Notes: generated by a model not told the origin, from the sequence alone. 64,000 nt of DNA from a virus (IMGVR_UViG_3300020048_000109:7580-71579); one strand, 5' to 3'. Shown: positions 1 to 9,610, numbered from the stretch's first letter. Numbers and translations are program-made.

Positions 1-1185
1 CGTCATCATATGTACTTTCCAACCGGCGTTGCGTAATATTTCCGAAGCCTGTTCAGCGAAGGTAAGCTTGCTATTGGCCACACGTGAGTTACCGGCACGG
101 TCACCATAAAACTTAATCACCTTTGTTGGGAATGATTCGTAATAAGGAATGAAACCTTCTAAGAACAAATGGTCCAGTATCTTTGGTGTCTTCACATAGA
201 ATTCCTTCAGTACCTTGTAGGTGTTGTCCTGTAGTTGTGATACGGTTAGCGTGTTGATGTTGGCACCCCAATCCACAGATATGTTCAAAGGCATACCAGG
301 ATTTACATCCCCAAAATCCTTTTTACAATCATAAGACTTCTTATCCTTTATTTGTTCAGGACTTAGGCGCTCTAAATAACTATTATCAAAGTCTGTATAA
401 TAATGAATGTCAGGGTTTAATTGTGCATAAAAGCCGTCTGTGATTTCCTTCGGGCGTATGTTCAGCATCTCGGCATTGTACATCATATCATCGGTATAAG
501 CCTGTCGCATATACTCAAAATAATCACTTCTAAGGTTGTGAATATTACAGTGTGCTGTTGCCTTAATAAATGCAATGTTTTTAGGGTTTTTGCGTGCTTC
601 ATTCTCCATATCAGTAAACCATTTGCCCTTCTTTGTCAAAGGTGTTGAAGAAGTAAACACCTCGCTATGGAGTAGGGGAGCGTTCTTAAATATGGCTTTC
701 TTTGCCCGGTTTGTGTTCTTAACGTTAATGGCCAACTTTTCATCATCAAATAATGCAGCTTCATCACCACGTATGGCATAGGAGTTTAGTCCACGCCCTG
801 AATCCTTATGATCCAAAGAAACAAACTGATAAATACAGCCATTAGAAAAATGCATGATGTTATTGAAAGCATCCGGTGTTTGGAATGGCAATGCAAAGCC
901 GGCTTTCTTTCCGGCCATTGTGCCAACTACATAATCAATATTTTCATAGATGCCAAAGAGTTCCAATCCTTCTTTTATGGAAGGCAAGAAACGGCTTAAT
1001 ATTTGGCTGTAAGTGGAACCAACCAAAGCAAAAGACGCCCTGGGCATTTGTTTTACCAATTGTGATGAATCATAGCCTAAAAAAGTGGTTTTACCTGTTC
1101 CACGGCCCCATTCTAAATACTTTTGTTTTTGCGGTGCGAGTGCCGCCGCTATTTGTGCCGGATTTAATTCTACTTGTTTAATCAT
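1..1185 (-). CDS. terL: Terminase large subunit (3'-truncated by window edge; absent from ORF track)
   Basis: Manual translation from ATG 1185: MIKQVELNPAQIAAALAPQKQKYLEWGRGTGKTT (Walker A), later RGDEA (Walker B) and SVDWG nuclease-type motif; resembles 61729..63423. Confidence 0.9.
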   Translation of the reverse strand, partial: MIKQVELNPAQIAAALAPQKQKYLEWGRGTGKTTFLGYDSSQLVKQMPRASFALVGSTYSQILSRFLPSIKEGLELFGIYENIDYVVGTMAGKKAGFALPFQTPDAFNNIMHFSNGCIYQFVSLDHKDSGRGLNSYAIRGDEAALFDDEKLAINVKNTNRAKKAIFKNAPLLHSEVFTSSTPLTKKGKWFTDMENEARKNPKNIAFIKATAHCNIHNLRSDYFEYMRQAYTDDMMYNAEMLNIRPKEITDGFYAQLNPDIHYYTDFDNSYLERLSPEQIKDKKSYDCKKDFGDVNPGMPLNISVDWGANINTLTVSQLQDNTYKVLKEFYVKTPKILDHLFLEGFIPYYESFPTKVIKFYGDRAGNSRVANSKLTFAEQASEILRNAGWKVHMMT

Positions 1186-1741
1186 TTTCTTTTACTTCTT
1201 CAAACGGAACATCCTGCACCTGATAATTGTTAAAATCAATAACACCTTTGGAAATCATTACTTCAAAAGCTGCTTGAACTGCTTTAGGTAATGATATGTT
1301 ATAGCTTTGCGCCTGCAGTTTTTCTAAGTTAAACGGACTTTCTTCTTTGTCCAGATCGGCAAGTTTTATCATACGGTCCAAACATTTTCCCATGGTCTCC
1401 AAATTTTTGTCTTTGGTGGCCATTTGAAACAGTTTTTGGTTGTATTCAAAAATAATATAGCGCCAACCTTCCTTTCGGCTTTTGGTAATGTCACCAAACA
1501 AAGACAATGCCCTGTTAATATCGCGGTAAGCTGTAGCCATTGAAATACCGCCAAATTGCCCCATTAAAACTTTAACGGTTTGTTCTCGGCTATGAAAATT
1601 CAGCAAACAAGAAAACGCCGCTTCCCAACGTTTTTTCATTTCTACTTCCAACGGTGAAAGCGTTATGCGTTCTTCTTCCAAATAAGAAGCAAGGATGTTT
1701 TCAAAATGGGTATCGGCAATATTTAATGCAGGAAGGCTCAT
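1178..1741 (-). CDS. terS: Putative terminase small subunit
   Basis: Directly upstream of and overlapping TerL; helical HTH-like segment (ISMATAYRDINRA); same position as 63395..64000. Confidence 0.6.
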   Translation of the reverse strand: MSLPALNIADTHFENILASYLEEERITLSPLEVEMKKRWEAAFSCLLNFHSREQTVKVLMGQFGGISMATAYRDINRALSLFGDITKSRKEGWRYIIFEYNQKLFQMATKDKNLETMGKCLDRMIKLADLDKEESPFNLEKLQAQSYNISLPKAVQAAFEVMISKGVIDFNNYQVQDVPFEEVKEND

Positions 1742-3028
1742 TTATACGTTGTTTAAATACAAATCAATTTCTTCTGAAGTCATTTTTTTGCCGTTCTTTT
1801 TTATTTCAAACTCCAATTTATTGTCATTCATATATTTCACCCATCGGCGCACGTCAACATCAATATAAACAGGGTCCAACTCCATTCCATAGCAATTGCG
1901 CCAAGTTTGTTCACAGGCAATTAAAGCGGAACCACCGCCCAGAAACAAATCACCAACAATGTCTTTTTGTTTGGTGCTATTTTTTATCAAATACATAATT
2001 AATTCAACAGGTTTCATTGTTGGATGCTCTTCATTTCGCAATGGTTTGTCAAAAAAAAGTGTTGTTTTTTGAGTTCGGTCACTATACCATTTATGCGCAG
2101 CACCTTCTTTCCAACCATATAAAATTGGTTCGTGTTGCCAGTGATAATCATTACGGCCCATCACCATACTATTTTTAACCCAAATTAAGCACTGGCTTAA
2201 TTTAAAGCCGGCATCTTTTAAGGCCATTCTAAAATTGGCACCTTCACTATCTGCGTGGAAAATATAAATTGGAGCACCGGGTTTTGTATTCAAAAACGCT
2301 TCCTGATAAAACATATATAAAAATGTATAAAAGGAATCATCACTCATTTTATCATTTTTAATTTTCAGTTTTTCTTTAGTTCCACCTTGGTAATCTACAT
2401 TGTATGGCGGATCAGTATTGATATGATCAAACTGCTCTCCATTCAATAGTTTTTTATAATCTGAAGCAATGGTTGCATCGCCACAAACCAATCGATGTTT
2501 AAGGCCTTTCTGTTTGCTTATAAAGTCAAATTCATCCCCTAAAACACTAATAGGTTCCTTTGGTGGTGTAGGATCAAATTCTGCTTCTTCTTCAACTTTT
2601 AAATTATCCGGAATAAAATCTTCAGGAATCACAATGTCGTCAACATTTAAACCCAAAGCCATTAAATCAATATCCCCAAACATTTCAGCAAGCACATCTA
2701 TATCCCAATAACCGGTTGAAATATTGGAAGTAATATTATACTCCTTATATTCCTGGTCTGTCAATGCCCGGTTAGGTACTCTTACATCAATAACTTCTTC
2801 GCCACGCCCTAATTCCATTAAAACCTTAACCCTTTGATGTCCGGCAACAATGATATTATCAGTGTTTATTGCAGGCACTTCTGCAAGGTTAAATTTTTCT
2901 AAACTCGCCTTTAATTTTTCAAGTTTTTCAGGAGTAATAATTCTCGGGTTATATTCATAAGGCACCAAGTCTTTAACTTTACGTTTTTCATTATGCCATT
3001 CCAGTGGAGCAATTAATATTTCATTCAT
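1742..3028 (-). CDS. ParB-like N-terminal domain fused to N6/N4 DNA methyltransferase
   Basis: PYEYNPR and IVAGHQR (ParB-like), TDPPYN catalytic motif, HPTMKP, DLFLGGGS SAM-binding motif. Confidence 0.92.
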   Translation of the reverse strand: MNEILIAPLEWHNEKRKVKDLVPYEYNPRIITPEKLEKLKASLEKFNLAEVPAINTDNIIVAGHQRVKVLMELGRGEEVIDVRVPNRALTDQEYKEYNITSNISTGYWDIDVLAEMFGDIDLMALGLNVDDIVIPEDFIPDNLKVEEEAEFDPTPPKEPISVLGDEFDFISKQKGLKHRLVCGDATIASDYKKLLNGEQFDHINTDPPYNVDYQGGTKEKLKIKNDKMSDDSFYTFLYMFYQEAFLNTKPGAPIYIFHADSEGANFRMALKDAGFKLSQCLIWVKNSMVMGRNDYHWQHEPILYGWKEGAAHKWYSDRTQKTTLFFDKPLRNEEHPTMKPVELIMYLIKNSTKQKDIVGDLFLGGGSALIACEQTWRNCYGMELDPVYIDVDVRRWVKYMNDNKLEFEIKKNGKKMTSEEIDLYLNNV

Positions 3029-3780
3029 AATAAAGATTCTATTTTATTTAAATTTATTTTGTGTTGGTGCAACAGCTTTTCCGATCGGTTTATTTTTCCT
3101 TCAATTAAGTGCTGTGCGTGTTTCTCGGTGGCTTCATCCAGTTCTTTGTACAATAAATCAACCCGTGAGTTGATTTTTGAAATACTGCTCTTTGTGTTGC
3201 CTTGTTTGCGCAGTAATTGCACAGGCGCCAATCCGTTAAAGTCATCGGTTTTACTTGGCAACAAGGTTTTGTGGTTTTTCCAATGATTTAATTCTTCCCA
3301 AATTAAATCGCGTTCATCATCCAATTTTTCTATTTGTTGCATCAATTTAAGCGCACTTTCTTCGGCTTTGGCCGGCAGGTCATTTAAAAGGAATTTGAGT
3401 TCAATCATTTCAACAAAAATGTTTCGCGCCTGGGAATAACGCAATCTAAGTTCCGCAGGAAGATCACCCAGCATAACGCCTTTAAACTCTTTGTCGGTGC
3501 TGTCATTTACCTGTTGTCGGCGTTGCACTTCAACATTTACGGTTTCCTGCGTTGGCAGTACTTTTATGGGTGCAATAACGGGCGCTTTAGCAATTGGCGC
3601 AACGTGGGTATTGTTTTTGTGTTTCCGCAGTTCATAGACCAAGGTGGCCATATTACCGCTTGTTTTTCCACGGTTTAATTGCTGAAGAATTCTTATGTTT
3701 TTAACCGGCAAACAGGCATACAAAGCCACGCCTTCATAATATTCATTACTTCCATTAAACCAGTTTTCAATTCCTTCCAT
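3025..3780 (-). CDS. Phage hypothetical protein (coiled-coil)
   Basis: Long ORF; ATG 3780 lies just downstream of a late-promoter motif. Confidence 0.7.
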   Translation of the reverse strand: MEGIENWFNGSNEYYEGVALYACLPVKNIRILQQLNRGKTSGNMATLVYELRKHKNNTHVAPIAKAPVIAPIKVLPTQETVNVEVQRRQQVNDSTDKEFKGVMLGDLPAELRLRYSQARNIFVEMIELKFLLNDLPAKAEESALKLMQQIEKLDDERDLIWEELNHWKNHKTLLPSKTDDFNGLAPVQLLRKQGNTKSSISKINSRVDLLYKELDEATEKHAQHLIEGKINRSEKLLHQHKINLNKIESLL

Positions 3781-3783
3781 ACC

Positions 3784-3819
3784 CAAAGATGACTAAAAGG
3801 CAACTGTCATAAAAGGACA
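3784..3819 (-). promoter_or_regulatory. Phage A late promoter candidate (TGTCCTTTT-N19-CATCTTTG)
   Basis: Same motif and 28-nt offset to a -7-like box at 7517-7552 and 26478-26513. Confidence 0.65.
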
Positions 3820-3833
3820 TAGGCAAAAGGCAT

Positions 3834-3863
3834 AAAAAAACCCCTGCAGATGCAAGGGTTTTT
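3834..3863. terminator. Intrinsic terminator hairpin
   Basis: AAAACCCCTGCA-GA-TGCAAGGGTTTT downstream of 3891..4196. Confidence 0.6.
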
Positions 3864-3890
3864 CCAATTAATCAAATAAAAAATGAAACA

Positions 3891-4196
3891 CTAAAATAAA
3901 CTGGATTCGAAAGATTTTATTTTTATTTCGGCTATGGAAGGTAACGGCTTTTTGTTGTTTACTTCTAAAAGCCACTTAACTTCTTCAACTGATTTTGCTC
4001 GTAATATTAAGGAAGCAACACGTTTAATGTCTAATTTTTGCTTCTTTAAAAACGGCACTGCTTTGGCTGTTATGGTTATAAAAGGAAAATGGCGGTTTTC
4101 ATATAAAGAAAGCAATTGATCATTGGTCAGTTTTTCCCTTGTGTCAATTCTTCCAAAATTTGGAACGGTGTATATTCCTTCTCTAACTTTAAACAT
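3891..4196 (-). CDS. Phage hypothetical protein
   Basis: 101-aa ORF translationally coupled to 4196..4765. Confidence 0.65.
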   Translation of the reverse strand: MFKVREGIYTVPNFGRIDTREKLTNDQLLSLYENRHFPFITITAKAVPFLKKQKLDIKRVASLILRAKSVEEVKWLLEVNNKKPLPSIAEIKIKSFESSLF

Positions 4197-4765
4197 TACG
4201 GTGCTGGTGTAAATTCAGTAATTGTTGAAGCGTATGTTGGCGCTGGGTAAGCTTGTGTGTCGGAAAACTTAACAGGAATACCGCTAACGTCACCTGCTTT
4301 TTGTCCGCTGGTTCCCGGTGCTTCAGTTAAGTAAGCAGGACTTACTTTACTTCCAATTTGCACTTTGTCGCCATTAATTTGGGTTACAATAAAAATCATA
4401 CCCACATTTTGGTATTTTCTAATGAAACCTTTGTTGCGTGCACTTATTCCAGGCAATGTGCCACTGAATGAATTCACGTTTGTTTTTCCGCCCGGTTCGC
4501 CTTGGTTTTCAAAATCAACAAGGCCAGTGTTTGGCATTACGTTAATTTTAAAGAAGCCTTTTCCGGTATCAAAAGTGTGTGCGGTTGCAATGGTTGCAGC
4601 TTCAGCTAAAGTGGTTGCTGTGCCCAACGCTGGCGGTTCTGCAATGGTTAAAAAATCCTGTACACGTGCGGCAAAGATTTCTACAGATGAAACTCCTGCA
4701 GCGTTTTCTTGATCCGCGCAAAAGTCAATGTTTTCGGTTAAAATGGTATCTGAACAAGTAGCCAT
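4196..4765 (-). CDS. Putative major tail tube / structural protein
   Basis: 189 aa, T/A/G-rich beta-type sequence in the capsid operon; function by inference only. Confidence 0.5.
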   Translation of the reverse strand: MATCSDTILTENIDFCADQENAAGVSSVEIFAARVQDFLTIAEPPALGTATTLAEAATIATAHTFDTGKGFFKINVMPNTGLVDFENQGEPGGKTNVNSFSGTLPGISARNKGFIRKYQNVGMIFIVTQINGDKVQIGSKVSPAYLTEAPGTSGQKAGDVSGIPVKFSDTQAYPAPTYASTITEFTPAP

Positions 4766-4767
4766 AA

Positions 4768-5274
4768 TTATTGAATGTTTTCTATAAATGAGTTATTCCC
4801 GTGAACCAACTCCAACATCACTTCGGCTTCGTCAATCAGTTCGGAAACCAATCGGCTTTGGCCGTCAATGTTTAAGGATTTTGGCGCGGTTGTTTTAAAT
4901 CTAAATTTTAAGCCGCGATCATCTGTAAAAACTTTGCGGTCATCTTTTTCCACTTCTTTTGAAGCTTTTTCTTCAGCTTTTTTGGTTGCTTCTTCTGCTT
5001 TCGCTTCTGCAGCTTCCTTTTTTGCCTGCTTTTTCCTTTGTGAAGCCTGCGCTTCTTTAGCTGCTAATTGGCGTAATTGCGTTGGATTTAGGGTTGTTTC
5101 TTCAACCGTTTCCTCAACCGTTTCTTCGGCAGTTTCTTCAATAGTTTCTTCAACCACTTCTTCAATAGTTTCTTCAACAATTGCCTCTGCAGTTTCTTTA
5201 ACTATTTCTTCAACAGCTTCAACAGCTCCTGTTACCGGAGCTGTTTCTGCTTTTATTTTTTTTTCTAGAGACAT
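4768..5274 (-). CDS. Acidic low-complexity protein with EET(V/I/A) tandem repeats
   Basis: 168-aa ORF between capsid and tube genes. Confidence 0.7.
   Translation of the reverse strand: MSLEKKIKAETAPVTGAVEAVEEIVKETAEAIVEETIEEVVEETIEETAEETVEETVEETTLNPTQLRQLAAKEAQASQRKKQAKKEAAEAKAEEATKKAEEKASKEVEKDDRKVFTDDRGLKFRFKTTAPKSLNIDGQSRLVSELIDEAEVMLELVHGNNSFIENIQ
5090..5195 (-). repeat. 12-nt tandem coding repeats (EETx)
   Basis: Repeated gtttcttcaa/ttcaacc units encoding EETIEEVVEETIEETAEETVEETVEETT. Confidence 0.8.
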
Positions 5275-5289
5275 AAGTCAATTTTTAGA

Positions 5290-6300
5290 TTAAGCCACAG
5301 TTACGCCGTCAATTGCGTAATATTTTTGGTTTAATACTGTTGATCCCAATCCGTATTCTAAATCGGTGTAATTGGCAACAAATACCAATTCGTTCAATAA
5401 GAAATCATAACCTTTCCAAAATTCTAAGAAGAATTTAATTTTGTAATCTGCTTTCTGAATATCAGTGATTGCAGGTTTACCGTCAAAAACATCAATCAAC
5501 CTTACAAAGTTGGCTTCAGTAGTTGCAAAAATATCGTCAGTGTCCATTCCTGGCAATGCAATAATTTCACGTTTTCCTAAACGTGTTTTCATTGTATCAT
5601 TTTGGAATTTATTTTGGCCAAACTGAGTTTCATACTGAAGCATATAGCGTTCAGCATTGTTTTCAGACATAAAGATTTTTTTGATTTTCGATTTTGCTTT
5701 TGAAGGCAATTTGCGTTCCCATGCAGTTACTTGATCAACAATGTTGGCATCGGTTAATGCAGAAACAGGAATTTTGAAAGGTGTGTGGCCTGTTCCTGGT
5801 ACTTCAGCAAATAAATCCAACAATATTTTTTCAATACCATTCATAGAGTTTCCAAAAGTTCCCAAAGCGGCACCATTGTAAACACCTTTAATTTCCAAAT
5901 AAGCGCAGTCATCAACTACTTTTGGAAGCATTTCCATTTCAACAATGTATTTTGAAATCGGCATATCTTCCGGTTTCAAGTTTTCTGCATACAAATGTGC
6001 CCAGTAAGAAGCAAGAATATCAGCAGGAGTGATTGCAAAATTCACTTTTTGGTGATAGTTTTTCAAAATTTTGTGCTCAATTTGAAGAGCGCCAAGTTCG
6101 TTCCAAACAGGGGCAAAACCTTGTACAACATTAGACAAAAGGGAAGCGCCTTGTGGGTACAATCCTTTCACTTTGGTTAACGGTTTTGTGTGTTTGTCAA
6201 GCGTGCTTTCTGCGCGATTCAAAGATGCAGAAATTAAATCAGGGTTTGCTGCTAAGTAGGTATTTACCTCTTTTACAACGTCATCAATGGTTATTGCCAT
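5290..6300 (-). CDS. Major capsid protein (putative HK97 fold)
   Basis: 336 aa, immediately downstream of the ClpP prohead protease. Confidence 0.75.
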   Translation of the reverse strand: MAITIDDVVKEVNTYLAANPDLISASLNRAESTLDKHTKPLTKVKGLYPQGASLLSNVVQGFAPVWNELGALQIEHKILKNYHQKVNFAITPADILASYWAHLYAENLKPEDMPISKYIVEMEMLPKVVDDCAYLEIKGVYNGAALGTFGNSMNGIEKILLDLFAEVPGTGHTPFKIPVSALTDANIVDQVTAWERKLPSKAKSKIKKIFMSENNAERYMLQYETQFGQNKFQNDTMKTRLGKREIIALPGMDTDDIFATTEANFVRLIDVFDGKPAITDIQKADYKIKFFLEFWKGYDFLLNELVFVANYTDLEYGLGSTVLNQKYYAIDGVTVA

Positions 6301-6318
6301 AATATTTTTATTAAAAAG

Positions 6319-7470
6319 TTAAAGTTTTTCAGTGTAAAGACCCGATTTAAAGTCAATGTACGGATGTAGATTTTCTTTTGTATCGGATGCCGGTTTGTTG
6401 GTATGGCTTGCGCCTGGTTCAGCACCAAGTGCTTCAATTTTTGCTTTTAAAGCAGTAAAGGCATCGGCAACCGTAGTTACTTTTGCATCGGCTTCCAATT
6501 CTAAGCTTTCATTTACTTCAGCAAGCAAAGCATCAAATCCTGCGTTGGCAGCATCAACATTTTGTTGCATTTCAGTGGCTTTTAATTCTGCAGCGGCTGT
6601 TTCAGCAATGGCAGTATTTTTTAATTCTGCTTCCAAAACGGCAGCAGCCTGCAGTTGCACAATTTGCGCTTCTACATTGTCAGCTTCTTCTTCGGATAGT
6701 AAAATTCCGTTTGAAGCTTCGCCGTCTTCAAACTTTTTGTTGAGTACGGCTTCAATTTGCGGATAGGTTTTATTCATAATATTTTCAATGGTTTGCAAGG
6801 GTTGTTTTACGTCTTCAAAATTTAATGAGGCATAATGCTTCATTAAATCCTGCGGACTCATATTTTCAATGTTTTCCGGTAAGTCGGCTTTTTTGGAAGT
6901 GATAATTTCATCGAAGAAACCAAGCTTTTGTGCTTTTTTTCCTACAAAATAATTATCGTTAAAATTCAAATACAGTTCAGCAACTTTTTCGGCAGAAATG
7001 CCTAATTTTTCTTCAATAATGGAAGAAAGCGCTTCATCATAACTTTTTAAGGTTTCGGCACTGTCTCTTAATTGTTTGGCGTTTCCGTAGGCATAAGTAG
7101 ATCCGTTATGAAACATCAACATACTATTGCTGTAACCATAAACGTGGTCACCGGCCAAGGCAATTAAAGAAGCCATTGAATAAGCAATCCCATCAACATA
7201 CGTGTTAATGGTTTTGGTACTGTTGCGAAGTGTGTTGTAAATTGGAAGGCCATCCCAAATGTTACCGCCCGGTGAATTAATTTTCACGTGAATAACATCA
7301 ACTGTTGGTTCCAGTGCAGCAAAGTCTTCAACAAATTTGTCGGCAGTGTTTATTGGTTCCCACTTATCAAAATCCCAACCGCCAATAACGCCATAAATAA
7401 AAATAGTTGCTTCTTTGGCAGTAGCATCTTTCACAATGTTGTAAAATCCTTTATATTTCAAGTTGTCCAA
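6319..7470 (-). CDS. ClpP-like (S14) prohead protease with C-terminal coiled-coil scaffold
   Basis: KINSPGG, GIAYSMAS (catalytic Ser), LMFHN (His); Ala/Glu-rich helical tail. Confidence 0.9.
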   Translation of the reverse strand: MDNLKYKGFYNIVKDATAKEATIFIYGVIGGWDFDKWEPINTADKFVEDFAALEPTVDVIHVKINSPGGNIWDGLPIYNTLRNSTKTINTYVDGIAYSMASLIALAGDHVYGYSNSMLMFHNGSTYAYGNAKQLRDSAETLKSYDEALSSIIEEKLGISAEKVAELYLNFNDNYFVGKKAQKLGFFDEIITSKKADLPENIENMSPQDLMKHYASLNFEDVKQPLQTIENIMNKTYPQIEAVLNKKFEDGEASNGILLSEEEADNVEAQIVQLQAAAVLEAELKNTAIAETAAAELKATEMQQNVDAANAGFDALLAEVNESLELEADAKVTTVADAFTALKAKIEALGAEPGASHTNKPASDTKENLHPYIDFKSGLYTEKL

Positions 7471-7516
7471 GGCCTTGTTGTTTAGTTAATTTAAACGTCA
7501 GTTAATAATTCAACAA

Positions 7517-7552
7517 CAAGGATAAGGACTTAACTATGGGCAAAAAAGGACA
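7517..7552 (-). promoter_or_regulatory. Phage A late promoter candidate (TGTCCTTTT-N19-TATCCTTG)
   Basis: Upstream of the ClpP-capsid operon; motif and spacing shared with two other sites. Confidence 0.65.
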
Positions 7553-8116
7553 TTACATTTCGGCGGCCAATTGGAAGGCTAAGCCACGTGTGTAAATATT
7601 GAATAAAATATCTTCAAACATTTTTTCCGGACCGCTGGTTTTACCTTCCAAGGTAACTGCATAACCTTTTAATGAAGAAGGATCGTTGGTGTGAATGGAA
7701 GAATATTTGAAAAGCAAAGGCTGGGCAGTGGTTCCAAATAAATGGGACGTGTTTCTTTTTGAAACCAAACCAATTACTTCCTTATTAATGTAGGTTTCCA
7801 ATAAAGCCTGAAGGTTTTTGTCCTGTGGTGTTAACACAAATGAAATTTTAACATCATAAGAAACCCCGGAATCGTTAATTCTTGAAGGATTTGAAACCTG
7901 AATATTTTTTGGAAGCAAATCAGTGATCAAAACCTGATAACTGTCGGCAATATTTGTGATAATGCTTTCAATGGTTGCATCGGGTGTTAAATGATTGAAT
8001 TTTTGAAGTTGTGAAGCTTCAATAATAGCAATTTTGTAAAAAGTGTCGATGCTGTGTTCGTTGCCTATATTGCACAATTCTTGTATCATAATTTTTGGGT
8101 GTTTTTGCAGTGACAA
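7553..8116 (-). CDS. Conserved phage protein Y (counterpart of 34211..34732)
   Basis: SGVSYDVKISF resembles SGLSFTQVLEIKF; syntenic. Confidence 0.65.
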   Translation of the reverse strand: MSLQKHPKIMIQELCNIGNEHSIDTFYKIAIIEASQLQKFNHLTPDATIESIITNIADSYQVLITDLLPKNIQVSNPSRINDSGVSYDVKISFVLTPQDKNLQALLETYINKEVIGLVSKRNTSHLFGTTAQPLLFKYSSIHTNDPSSLKGYAVTLEGKTSGPEKMFEDILFNIYTRGLAFQLAAEM

Positions 8117-8143
8117 TAATCTCTTATGCGAATATTGTCTATA

Positions 8144-8605
8144 TTAAAATAGGGTGTTTGACAATTCTTCTTTTTTCCTTTTGAAGTCCCTGTAAATGGA
8201 TTCCAACTTAATGTCGTCTTCATCTATGTTATAGATTTTCAAGTATTTACGAATTCCTTCTAAATGTTGATCTTTGGAACTTTGTGCATTTACAAAAACG
8301 TGAAAATACATTTCATCCCTAAACAGTTTATCAATCATTTTATTAAACGCCTGTCCGCTTTTTACGCCTAAAAATATGCCATTCCTTAAATACGAGTATT
8401 CCTTGATAACCACATTGAAGGTTTTGGTATATTTCGATTTAGAAATTTTAAGGTCAGAATTTCTTCCCAGACTTGAAAGGACTATATTTCCAATAATGTC
8501 GTTTCTGGATGCAACATAAGTGTCACCGCCACAGCGCTTAATTAAAAATTTGTAAACGTGGTCCGAAACAGGAATATTTTCGGTGATGGAATAATCTAAA
8601 TTCAT
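8144..8605 (-). CDS. Conserved phage protein X, candidate late-gene activator (RHH-like N-terminus)
   Basis: ITENIPVSDHVYKFL strand-helix start; C-terminus resembles 33617..34174; function inferred. Confidence 0.55.
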   Translation of the reverse strand: MNLDYSITENIPVSDHVYKFLIKRCGGDTYVASRNDIIGNIVLSSLGRNSDLKISKSKYTKTFNVVIKEYSYLRNGIFLGVKSGQAFNKMIDKLFRDEMYFHVFVNAQSSKDQHLEGIRKYLKIYNIDEDDIKLESIYRDFKRKKEELSNTLF

Positions 8606-8616
8606 ATAGTTTTCAT

Positions 8617-8640
8617 CAAATATATAGAAAATTGTCTATA
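8617..8640 (-). promoter_or_regulatory. TATATTTG -7 box overlapped by the 18-bp palindrome TATAGAAAATTGTCTATA
   Basis: 8623-8640 is identical to array units 17867-17884 and 17896-17913; -7 box at 8617-8624. Confidence 0.7.
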
Positions 8641-8719
8641 AATGAATAAATTTTTATGAATTTTTTTGCTGAAGATTTTTTTTCAGAAAAAAAAGAAGGG
8701 TGTTCCTGGCGGTCTAAAT

Positions 8720-8970
8720 TCTGTTGGAATGCGATTCAACAATTCCAACAAATTACTTAACTGATTAATAATAAAAGATTTAACCATTTTTAGGCTGTTG
8801 GAATTTGTTGAATCGTATGGTCATTTGTTGGAATCGTAAAAATAGCGATTCAACAAAGTCCAACACTTTTATATTTATTTTATTCAGAAAAATATAAGAT
8901 AACTGTTTAATTATTATATAGTTAGTATAAATAATATCTATACTGTTGGAATTGTTGAATTGTTGAACTG
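8720..8970. repeat. Putative replication origin A: 11 copies of TGTTG(G)AA / TT(C)CAACA in both orientations
   Basis: Copies at 8722, 8734, 8742, 8796, 8806, 8826, 8848, 8859, 8944, 8953, 8961 in an AT-rich non-coding gap. Confidence 0.7.
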
Positions 8971-9180
8971 CTTTTCTTTTACATTTTTCGCTTTAATAGA
9001 TTTTATACAAATGGGGTGGTGGGGCAACGCCAAAAACCAACAAAAGAAATTTGAGTAAAATTGGCGTTATTAGCCGTTGTTTTGTGTTTTTGGTCAACAA
9101 GTTCCTTAAAATGAAAAAACCCGCTAAAAAGCGGGTGAATTACTGTGGTGTGCGGAGTTTTGGCCTGAAGTGCTGTGGTG

Positions 9181-9591
9181 TCATTCACTTTCCTTCAAAA
9201 TATAATTAGTGTCTATATCCCTGCAGCCTTTTTCTGAAGATATTACAAAGCAACTTACTTTTTTCTTTACAAATGCGCACGCAAACACATATTTATATCG
9301 AAGTACCTTATGTTTGGAAAATAAGTCCAACTGCACGTTTGGGATCACATTGTGGGCCGGAACATCAAAAACAGCATACACAATATTGTTTTGTTTTAAA
9401 ACGCCTTCATACCGCATAAAGAATCCGTCCTGCAGTTCAAACGATGTTCTTTTTTTAATTCCAATCTTTACCACCTTTTCACCCGGAAGCAAGGTGGTGT
9501 TGTTTGTAAAATTCAGCGAGCGCTTTCTAATTTTAACCGGTTCATCAAACGCCAGGTACTCGGCACCGTATTTTGGTATAATTGCAATCAT
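9181..9591 (-). CDS. Phage hypothetical protein
   Basis: 136-aa ORF in early operon. Confidence 0.6.
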   Translation of the reverse strand: MIAIIPKYGAEYLAFDEPVKIRKRSLNFTNNTTLLPGEKVVKIGIKKRTSFELQDGFFMRYEGVLKQNNIVYAVFDVPAHNVIPNVQLDLFSKHKVLRYKYVFACAFVKKKVSCFVISSEKGCRDIDTNYILKESE

Positions 9592-9610
9592 AGTTTTATT
9601 TTTTTTGATT

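Noticed and set aside
421-1291. Plus-strand ORFs here and many other antisense ORFs in the track (e.g. 4365..5293, 11454..13558, 24052..26082, 49365..51689)
   Set aside because: Shadow frames of long, motif-supported minus-strand genes
9003-9188. 61-aa ORF at the right edge of origin A
   Set aside because: Overlaps a terminator hairpin and the G-rich origin border; no evidence of coding
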